From: Yuukianura sp. NJ FZ-2021
Taxonomy: Eukaryota
Assembly (NCBI GenBank): GCA_046563655.1
Contig: CM102287.1
Location: forward strand, 434,001 to 498,000
Length of the DNA stretch: 64,000 nucleotides
Direction: 5' to 3'
The position numbers were made by a program, and so were the translations under genes. Below, in pieces: positions 28,401-38,000 of the stretch. The notes below the pieces were generated by a model. That model saw only the letters and a list, made by a program, of their open reading frames with translations, had not been told where the DNA came from and made no database searches. Numbering within the stretch: position 1 is the first letter of the stretch; every line of letters begins with the position of its first letter.

Positions 28401-31298
28401 CAAGGAACGCATCTAATACCGGTCCACTTTGTCGTAGTGCATCAACGACTATTACACACGGTGAACCACTTGTTGTCAGCCTTCATTTTTGAGCACAAAG
28501 GAGAAGTGCCGGTGAAATGACAAGCTCGCCCTCACTACAGATACCAACCAGTACTCATTTTGACACTATGAATCACAATGACTCCGACGGCAATGGAACT
28601 TCAGGGGTTCCCATTATTACATTTTCTAAATCAAAATCGAACATTCAGCATTATTTGTTATTTTGATTAAAATTTTTAGGAAATACTTTTTTATGTCATA
28701 CTACCACCTTGCACTTCCAATAAAGCACACCTGAATAACTGGTGTTCAACAATAATCTGGAATTATATTTTAGCCCAACTCCACTATGCAACAAGTGCAT
28801 AAATCTAACTGTCATTTTGGTATAAACTAATGTGGGAACTATACAACGAAGTTTTAAACATACTGAAAAGTGGAATTTATGCCTTGTTATCGCTTATAAC
28901 CATCTGCAAGGAACGCATCTAATACCGGTCCACTTTGTCGTAGTGCATCAACGACTATTACACACGGTGAACCACTTGTTGTCAGCCTTCATTTTTGAGC
29001 ACAAAGGAGAAGTGCCGGTGAAATGACAAGCTCGCCCTCACTACAGATACCAACCAGTACTCATTTTGACACTATGAATCACAATGACTCCGACGGCAAT
29101 GGAACTTCAGGGGATCCCATTATTACATTTTCTAAATCAAAATCGAACATTCAGCATTATTTGTTATTTTGATTAAAATTTTTAGGAAATACTTTTTTAT
29201 GTCATACTACCACCTTGCACTTCCAATAAAGCACACCTGAATAACTGGTGTTCAACAATAATCTGGAATTATATTTTAGCCCAACTCCACTATGCAACAA
29301 GTGCATAAATCTAACTGTCATTTTGGTATAAACTAATGTGGGAACTATACAACGAAGTTTTAAACATACTGAAAAGTGGAATTTATGCCTTGTTATCGCT
29401 TATAACCATCTGCAAGGAACGCATCTAATACCGGTCCACTTTGTCGTAGTGCATCAACGACTATTACACACGGTGAACCACTTGTTGTCAGCCTTCATCT
29501 TTGAGCACAAAGGAGAAGTGCCGGTGAAATGACAAGCTCGCCCTCACTACAGATACCAACCAGTACTCATTTTGACACTATGAATCACAATGACTCCGAC
29601 GGCAATGGAACTTCAGGGGTTCCCATTATTACATTTTCTAAATCAAAATCGAACATTCAGCATTATTTGTTATTTTGATTAAAATTTTTAGGAAATACTT
29701 TTTTATGTCATACTACCACCTTGCACTTCCAATAAAGCACACCTGAATAACTGGTGTTCAACAATAATCTGGAATTATATTTTAGCCCAACTCCACTATG
29801 CAACAAGTGCATAAATCTAACTGTCATTTTGGTATAAACTAATGTGGGAACTATACAACGAAGTTTTAAACATACTGAAAAGTGGAATTTATGCCTTGTT
29901 ATCGCTTATAGCCATCTGCAAGGAACGCATCTAATACCGGTCCACTTTGTCGTATTGCATCAACGACTATTACACACGGTGAACCACTTGTTGTCAGCCT
30001 TCATCTTTGAGCACCAAGGAGAAGTGCCGGTGAAACTACAAGCTCGCCCTCACTACAGATACCAACCAGTACTCATTTTGACACTATGAATCACAATGAC
30101 TCCGACGGCAATGGAACTTCAGGGGTTCCCATTATTACATTTTCTAAATCAAAATCGAACATTCAGCATTATTTGTTATTTTGATTAAAATTTTTAGGAA
30201 ATACTTTTTTATGTCATACTACCACCTTGCACTTCCAATAAAGCACACCTGAATAACTGGTGTTCAACAATAATCTGGAATTATATTTTAGCCCAACTCC
30301 ACTATGCAACAAGTGCATAAATCTAACTGTCATTTTGGTATAAACTAATGTGGGAACTATACAACGAAGTTTTAAACATACTGAAAAGTGGAATTTATGC
30401 CTTGTTATCGCTTATAACCATCTGCAAGGAACGCATCTAATACCGGTCCACTTTGTCGTAGTGCATCAACGACTATTACACACGGTGAACCACTTGTTGT
30501 CAGCCTTCATTTTTGAGCACAAAGGAGAAGTGCCGGTGAAATGACAAGCTCGCCCTCACTACAGATACCAACCAGTACTCATTTTGACACTATGAATCAC
30601 AATGACTCCGACGGCAATGGAACTTCAGGGGATCCCATTATTACATTTTCTAAATCAAAATCGAACATTCAGCATTATTTGTTATTTTGATTAAAATTTT
30701 TAGGAAATACTTTTTTATGTCATACTACCACCTTGCACTTCCAATAAAGCACACCTGAATAACTGGTGTTCAACAATAATCTTGAAATATATTTTAGCCC
30801 AACTCCACTATGCAACAAGTGCATAAATCTAACTGTCATTTTGGTATAAACTAATGTGGGAACTATACAACGAAGTTTTAAACATACTGAAAAGTGGAAT
30901 TTATGCCTTGTTATCGCTTATAACCATCTGCAAGGAACGCATGTAATACCGGTCCACTTTGTCGTAGTGCATCAACGACTATTACACACGGTGAACCACT
31001 TGTTGTCAGCCTTCATTTTTGAGCACAAAGGAGAAGTGCCGGTGAAATGACAAGCTCGCCCTCACTACAGATACCAGCCAGTACTCATTTTGACACTATG
31101 AATCACAATGACTCCGACGGCAATGGAACTTCAGGGGATCCCATTATTACATTTTCTAAATCAAAATCGAACATTCAGCATTATTTGTTATTTTGATTAA
31201 AATTTTTAGGAAATACTTTTTTATGTCATACTACCACCTTGCACTTCCAATAAAGCACACCTGAATAACTGGTGTTCAACAATAATCTGGAATTATAT
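10480..31298. repeat. ~506-bp tandem satellite, block 2 (~41 monomers)
   Basis: Period 506 bp (503 for monomers with a 3-bp deletion). Resumes in register after the HINE. Confidence 0.99.
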
Positions 31299-31401
31299 AT
31301 TATAAAAAAAAAAAAAAAAAAAAACAACAACAGAAAGTCACGAAAAATTCGCTCCACATTTTTCAGTTTTTTTAGGCTTTATTTAGTGAACTATCCTCCT
31401 T

Positions 31402-34400
31402 TTGCTCATATCATCTGGCAGAGCTAGTTGTGCTGGTCAACTTGTGATAAGTTTCACAAAATTACGTGACCAATCCGGCCTTAGCGGACCTGTTTCGTCA
31501 CTTGGACACCCAGTCACATTCGCTCCTTCAACAGTTACAAAGTTTTCAACAACTACATTCAACCTTCACTTCATCTCCATAGCAACAATTACGATGCAGC
31601 GAAAATTAAGAAATCGAAGTAAAATGAAATCAATTTCCATGGCAACTTCTACAACATCAAATCACTTCGATTCCGGTGCTTCTGCTTCAACAAACAACAA
31701 AGACGCTTCCCACTTTTCATCAGTTCGTGCTACCAACGAAGCTGCTTCCAACTTTTCATCAGTTCGTGCTACAAATGAAGACGCTTCCAACTTTTCATCA
31801 GATACTGCTGCCAACGAAGACTCTTCCAACTTTTCATCAGCTCGTGCTACCAATGAAGCTGCTCCCAACTTTTCATCAGTTCGTGCTACCAATGATGACG
31901 CTTCCAACTTTTCACCAGTTCGTGCTACCAATGAAGCAGATTCCAGCTTCTCATCCGAGTGTTTAACAAAATCACAAATTTCTAAACTAACTGACGACTG
32001 GATCAAGAACAACATTCAGGAGGCTTCTGGAGCTTTGATCAAGAAACAAGATCTGAAAGATAAATACCATTCTTTTTGCTCTGATGTGAAGATCAAACCT
32101 TTAGCCGACGCGACAATTGGATTGAAACTATTAAAAGCTTTTCCAAACATTACCAAAACACGAGCCGGCGGACGCAAACATTCTCAACAATCTTACTTCG
32201 ACATAACTTGGTCCGCTCCTTCCAATGAAGATATCTCTACAATTTCTCTTGGGCTAAAGCTTGCTGACTTAAGAAAATCTACGTCCACACTCAAACACAT
32301 TCCAAAAGGAGCAAGAAGAACGACCGCCTCTGCCCTGTCCACCATCATCGACCAAGCAATCGAGCACAACTCTACAGATTCTTGGGCAAAGTTATTCTAC
32401 TTCCCCTACCAAGTTTTTCCCATTCCGTCAAAAGACGATGCTGTCACAAATCTAACCAAATGGGTGAAGACAAACGCTAGCCGTATCACTTCTGAGGCGC
32501 CTGCAAACATCTCCCATCATCAATTCAAGCAATTCTCTCGTGGCCATCATCCGTCCTCACATCACTGTAACTCCTCAAAGGTCATTCAATCTAAACTAGC
32601 CGACGGGGATATACGCGGTGCAGTTCGAATCCTGGTCTCCGAAGATTGCATAGCCTCCAAAGACTGTGATACTTTGAACATTCTCCACCAATTGCATCCC
32701 GATCATCCACTACCAACCTCGTTTCCTGTCGCACCTCCGAGATCTGAGGTTATCTTTGAAAACTGTCACGTCATCAAAGCCATCTCGTCATTCCCAAATG
32801 GATCCGCCGGAGGCCTGGACTCTTTTCGTCCACAGATTCTAAAGGAACTAACTTCAAAGTCCTCAGGCGATGAAGGAGAAGCTCTTCTAGCATCAGTTTC
32901 TGGATTGTGTAACTTCATTACAAATGGTTCTCTTCCCGATGAAGTGAGACGAATTTTTTTTGGCGCAACTCTATTAGCAATCCAAAAGAAGAAAGGAGGC
33001 ATTCGTCCTATCGCAATCGGCCTTACTTGGAGACGCCTCGTGTCTAAACTTATCCTATCTCACTCGTTGAATGTCATTACTTCAACCTTAAGCCCGATCC
33101 AAGTTGGCGTTGGAATCAAGAATGGTGCTGAAGCCGTCGCCCACGCTGCCAGAATCTTCTGTAATGCCAACCATGGTTCTGCCAAGGTTCTACTCAAGAT
33201 GGACTTTCGCAATGCCTTCAACTTAATTAGAAGAGACCGTATGCTGGACATTGTGAAGACCATACTTCCAGACTTCTACAAATTCGTCTCTGAAGCTTAT
33301 TCGCACGATTCAGATCTCTACTACGACTCTGCTTGCATCAAATCGAAACTAGGAGTGCAACAGGGGGATCCCCTTGGTCCTGCTCTTTTCGCTTTAACCA
33401 TCCACCAATTGGCCTCTTCATTATCCACTGATGTCAACATCTGGTATTTAGATGACGCAACGATTGCCGATACTCCGGATGTCGTTCTCGAAAATCTCAA
33501 ATACATCCAAAGAGAAGCCTCTTCGTTTGGACTAGAACTTAACCTAAGAAAATGTGAAGTCTTCATTCTAAGTGCAGAAGCAATTGAGTCCCGCTCAATC
33601 GTCCAATCATTCCAATCTGTTTCTCCAGACATCATCTTCCCTGATTATGATCAAGCTGAACTTCTAGGAGCGCCTCTTTTCAAAGAATCGTCTCGTCGGA
33701 TTCTCAAATGCAAAACAGAGAACTTCAAGTCACTCTCATCTAAGTTGTCGGACATACCTGCCCACATTGCGTTCTACCTGCTTCGAGCTTCAATTTCCAC
33801 CCCAAGACTTCTATATTTCCTCCGATGTGCTCCTTCATTTTTGGAAACCGATCTTCTCGATGAATACGACTGTGCACTACATGCAGTGATGGAATCGATT
33901 CTCAATTCTACTTTGTCTTCACACGCTTGGTCTCAGTTAAGTCTACCGGTGAACTTGGGCGGATTAGGAGTTCGCCACGCTAAGGACTGCGCTACATTTT
34001 CGTTTTTGGCATCAGTCCATAGTTGTGCGGAGCTAATTTCTTCATTTCTGCCGTCTTCCCTGTCACCCTTCGACAATTCAATGGATTTGGCTTTGTTCAA
34101 CTGGTCTCAATTGGGCTTCGTTATTCCACAGGACAAAAAATCTCAAAACCTCTGGGAAATTCAAGTCTTTAAGCAAATTTCTTCTTCCCTAGTTCAGAAC
34201 TCTTCAACCCTTATCGACAAAGCAAGTCTACTGGCTGCCGCTGCACCACATTCTGGAGATTGGTTACACGCAATTCCCTCCGGACAACTTGGAACTCTAC
34301 TTTCGGACGAATCTTTTAGGATTTCTTGTGCTCTTCGCCTAGGAACTGATATATGCCAACCTCATATCTGCTCGTGCGGTGCTCCGGTGTCAAGTAACGG

Positions 34401-34944
34401 TCTCCACGGTTTAAGCTGTAAGCGTAGCGCCGGAAGACACTCGCGTCACAACTCAGTCAACGACATAATCTTCAGAGCATTACAAACCTCTGGATTTCCT
34501 TCAATTAAAGAACCTGTCGGCTGCAGCAGATCCGATGGCAAACGGCCAGATGGTGTTACTCTCATTCCTTGGAGCTCAGGACGCTGCCTCTGCTGGGACT
34601 TTACCTGCCGTGACACTTATGCAAATTCCTACCTTTCGACATCGTCTTCCCGCTATGGTCATGCAGCCGAATTAGCAGAGACACACAAACATCATCTCTA
34701 TCGTGACCTAGAATCTCGCTTCATCGTATCCATCATTGCCGTCGAAACTACAGGTGTATTCGGATCCGAAGGCCTTCGTCTACTGAAACAAATTGGACAT
34801 CGGCTGTCAGAAGCATCTGGAGATAAACGAGCTACGACCTTTTTGCTACAACGAATAAGTCTTGCTGTTCAACGCGGTAACTCCTGCTCAATCTTGGGAA
34901 GCTTACCCTCAGGGAAAGATCTCTACGAGTTATTCATACTATAA
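31402..34944 (+). CDS. Retrotransposon protein: 13-aa repeats + RFX-like winged helix + reverse transcriptase + CCHC-type knuckle + restriction-like endonuclease (first in-frame ATG at 31594; 31402 is a TTG)
   Basis: RT motifs SAGGLD, GGIRPIAIG, QVGVG, KMDFRNAFN, GVQQGDPLGPALF, WYLDD, GLELNLRKC and later GGLGVR. Knuckle CSC-x9-H-x3-C followed by RHN. RLE core RPDG...WDFT. No stops or frameshifts. Confidence 0.93.
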   Translation: MLISSGRASCAGQLVISFTKLRDQSGLSGPVSSLGHPVTFAPSTVTKFSTTTFNLHFISIATITMQRKLRNRSKMKSISMATSTTSNHFDSGASASTNNKDASHFSSVRATNEAASNFSSVRATNEDASNFSSDTAANEDSSNFSSARATNEAAPNFSSVRATNDDASNFSPVRATNEADSSFSSECLTKSQISKLTDDWIKNNIQEASGALIKKQDLKDKYHSFCSDVKIKPLADATIGLKLLKAFPNITKTRAGGRKHSQQSYFDITWSAPSNEDISTISLGLKLADLRKSTSTLKHIPKGARRTTASALSTIIDQAIEHNSTDSWAKLFYFPYQVFPIPSKDDAVTNLTKWVKTNASRITSEAPANISHHQFKQFSRGHHPSSHHCNSSKVIQSKLADGDIRGAVRILVSEDCIASKDCDTLNILHQLHPDHPLPTSFPVAPPRSEVIFENCHVIKAISSFPNGSAGGLDSFRPQILKELTSKSSGDEGEALLASVSGLCNFITNGSLPDEVRRIFFGATLLAIQKKKGGIRPIAIGLTWRRLVSKLILSHSLNVITSTLSPIQVGVGIKNGAEAVAHAARIFCNANHGSAKVLLKMDFRNAFNLIRRDRMLDIVKTILPDFYKFVSEAYSHDSDLYYDSACIKSKLGVQQGDPLGPALFALTIHQLASSLSTDVNIWYLDDATIADTPDVVLENLKYIQREASSFGLELNLRKCEVFILSAEAIESRSIVQSFQSVSPDIIFPDYDQAELLGAPLFKESSRRILKCKTENFKSLSSKLSDIPAHIAFYLLRASISTPRLLYFLRCAPSFLETDLLDEYDCALHAVMESILNSTLSSHAWSQLSLPVNLGGLGVRHAKDCATFSFLASVHSCAELISSFLPSSLSPFDNSMDLALFNWSQLGFVIPQDKKSQNLWEIQVFKQISSSLVQNSSTLIDKASLLAAAAPHSGDWLHAIPSGQLGTLLSDESFRISCALRLGTDICQPHICSCGAPVSSNGLHGLSCKRSAGRHSRHNSVNDIIFRALQTSGFPSIKEPVGCSRSDGKRPDGVTLIPWSSGRCLCWDFTCRDTYANSYLSTSSSRYGHAAELAETHKHHLYRDLESRFIVSIIAVETTGVFGSEGLRLLKQIGHRLSEASGDKRATTFLLQRISLAVQRGNSCSILGSLPSGKDLYELFIL
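31573..31586 (+). promoter_or_regulatory. Putative RFX-binding X-box 1 (ATCTCCATAGCAAC)
   Basis: 14/14 match to the X-box consensus RTHNYYWTRRNRAC. Ends 7 bp upstream of the first in-frame ATG. Confidence 0.5.
31633..31646 (+). promoter_or_regulatory. Putative RFX-binding X-box 2 (ATTTCCATGGCAAC)
   Basis: 14/14 match to RTHNYYWTRRNRAC, exactly 60 bp downstream of X-box 1. Confidence 0.5.
31702..31956 (+). repeat. 39-bp coding minisatellite (~6.5 copies; peptide unit like DASNFSSVRATNE)
   Basis: Directly visible in both DNA and translation. Confidence 0.95.
31981..32211 (+). other. RFX-like winged-helix DNA-binding domain (aa ~194-270 of the ORF)
   Basis: WIKNNIQEASGALIKKQDLKDKYHSFCSDVKIKPLADATIGLKLLKAFPNITKTRAGGRKHSQQSYFDI matches by eye the RFX DBD pattern WL..NYE...G..LPR..LY..Y..FC......P.N.ASFGKLIR..FP.LKTRRLG.RG.SKYHY.GI. 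Confidence 0.75.
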
Positions 34945-35003
34945 CCTAACATAAATTCTAGTCAGTATTTTGAAAGATAACAATGATAAAAACTCTTGGT
35001 TCA

Positions 35004-38000
35004 AATCTGGAATTATATTTTAGCCCAACTCCACTATGCAACAAGTGCATAAATCTAACTGTCATTTTGGTATAAACTAATGTGGGAACTATACAACGAA
35101 GTTTTAAACATACTGAAAAGTGGAATTTATGCCTTGTTATCGCTTATAACCATCTGCAAGGAACGCATGTAATACCGGTCCACTTTGTCGTAGTGCATCA
35201 ACGACTATTACACACGGTGAACCACTTGTTGTCAGCCTTCATTTTTGAGCACAAAGGAGAAGTGCCGGTGAAATGACAAGCTCGCCCTCACTACAGATAC
35301 CAGCCAGTACTCATTTTGACACTATGAATCACAATGACTCCGACGGCAATGGAACTTCAGGGGATCCCATTATTACATTTTCTAAATCAAAATCGAACAT
35401 TCAGCATTATTTGTTATTTTGATTAAAATTTTTAGGAAATACTTTTTTATGTCATACTAGCACCTTGCACTTAAAATAAAGCACACCTGAATAACTGGTG
35501 TTCAACAATAATCTGGAATTATATTTTAGCCCAACTCCACTATGCAACAAGTGCATAAATCTAACTGTCATTTTGGTATAAACTAATGTGGGAACTATAC
35601 AACGAAGTTTTAAACATACTGAAAAGTGGAATTTATGCCTTGTTATCGCTTATAACCATCTGCAAGGAACGCATCTAATACCGGTCCACTTTGTCGTAGT
35701 GCATCAACGACTATTACACACGGTGAACCACTTGTTGTCAGCCTTCATTTTTGAGCACAAAGGAGAAGTGCCGGTGAAATGACAAGCTCGCCCTCACTAC
35801 AGATACCAACCAGTACTCATTTTGACACTATGAATCACAATGACTCCGACGGCAATGGAACTTCAGGGGATCCCATTATTACATTTTCTAAATCAAAATC
35901 GAACATTCAGCATTATTTGTTATTTTGATTAAAATTTTTAGGAAATACTTTTTTATGTCATACTACCACCTTGCACTTCCAATAAAGCACACCTGAATAA
36001 CTGGTGTTCAACAATAATCTGGAATTATATTTTAGCCCAACTCCACTATGCAACAAGTGCATAAATCTAACTGTCATTTTGGTATAAACTAATGTGGGAA
36101 CTATACAACGAAGTTTTAAACATACTGAAAAGTGGAATTTATGCCTTGTTATCGCTTATAACCATCTGCAAGGAACGCATGTAATACCGGTCCACTTTGT
36201 CGTAGTGCATCAACGACTATTACACACGGTGAACCACTTGTTGTCAGCCTTCATTTTTGAGCACAAAGGAGAAGTGCCGGTGAAATGACAAGCTCGCCCT
36301 CACTACAGATACCAGCCAGTACTCATTTTGACACTATGAATCACAATGACTCCGACGGCAATGGAACTTCATGGGATCCCATTATTACATTTTCTAAATC
36401 AAAATCATACATTCAGCATTATTTGTTATTTTGATTAAAATTTTTAGGAAATACTTTTTTATGTCATACTACCACCTTGCACTTCCAATAAAGCACACCT
36501 GAATAACTGGTGTTCAACAATAATCTGGAATTATATTTTAGCCCAACTCCACTATGCAACAAGTGCATAAATCTAACTGTCATTTTGGTATAAACTAATG
36601 TGGGAACTATACAACGAAGTTTTAAACATACTGAAAAGTGGAATTTATGCCTTGTTATCGCTTATAACCATCTGCAAGGAACGCATCTAATACCGGTCCA
36701 CTTTGTCGTAGTGCATCAACGACTATTACACACGGTGAACCACTTGTTGTCAGCCTTCATTTTTGAGCACAAAGGAGAAGTGCCGGTGAAATGACAAGCT
36801 CGCCCTCACTACAGATACCAACCAGTACTCATTTTGACACTATGAATCACAATGACTCCGACGGCAATGGAACTTCAGGGGATCCCATTATTACATTTTC
36901 TAAATCAAAATCGAACATTCAGCATTATTTGTTATTTTGATTAAAATTTTTAGGAAATACTTTTTTATGTCATACTACCACCTTGCACTTCCAATAAAGC
37001 ACACCTGAATAACTGGTGTTCAACAATAATCTGGAATTATATTTTAGCCCAACTCCACTATGCAACAAGTGCATAAATCTAACTGTCATTTTGGTATAAA
37101 CTAATGTGGGAACTATACAACGAAGTTTTAAACATACTGAAAAGTGGAATTTATGCCTTGTTATCGCTTATAACCATCTGCAAGGAACGCATCTAATACC
37201 GGTCCACTTTGTCGTAGTGCATCAACGACTATTACACACGGTGAACCACTTGTTGTCAGCCTTCATTTTTGAGCACAAAGGAGAAGTGCCGGTGAAATGA
37301 CAAGCTCGCCCTCACTACAGATACCAACCAGTACTCATTTTGACACTATGAATCACAATGACTCCGACGGCAATGGAACTTCAGGGGATCCCTTTATTAC
37401 ATTTTCTAAATCAAAATCGAACATTCAGCATTATTTGTTATTTTGATTAAAATTTTTAGGAAATATTTTTTATGTCATATTACCACCTTGCACTTCTAAT
37501 AAAGCACACCTGAATAACTGGTGTTCAACAATAATCTGGAATTATATTTTAGCCCAACTCCACTATGCAACAAGTGCATAAATCTAACTGTCATTTTGGT
37601 ATAAACTAATGTGGGAACTATACAACGAAGTTTTAAACATACTGAAAAGTGGAATTTATGCCTTGTTATCGCTTATAACCATCTGCAAGGAACGCATGTA
37701 ATACCGGTCCACTTTGTCGTAGTGCATCAACGACTATTACACACGGTGAACCACTTGTTGTCAGCCTTCATTTTTGAGCACAAAGGAGAAGTGCCGGTGA
37801 AATGACAAGCTCGCCCTCACTACAGATACCAGCCAGTACTCATTTTGACACTATGAATCACAATGACTCCGACGGCAATGGAACTTCAGGGGATCCCATT
37901 ATTACATTTTCTAAATCAAAATCGAACATTCAGCATTATTTGTTATTTTGATTAAAATTTTTAGGAAATACTTTTTTATGTCATACTACCACCTTGCACT

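Larger units (their letters stand above)
31299..35003 (+). mobile_element. Apparently full-length non-LTR retrotransposon of the RLE (R2-group) type, CRE-like clade
   Basis: 3705-bp insertion flanked by the 15-bp TSD AATCTGGAATTATAT (31284-31298 and 35004-35018). The satellite register shift of 3720 equals 3705+15. It contains one uninterrupted RT/RLE ORF. Confidence 0.93.

Noticed and set aside
31662..33635. Antisense and alternate-frame ORFs within the RLE element
   Set aside because: Shadow ORFs of the main coding frame and of the 39-bp repeat.
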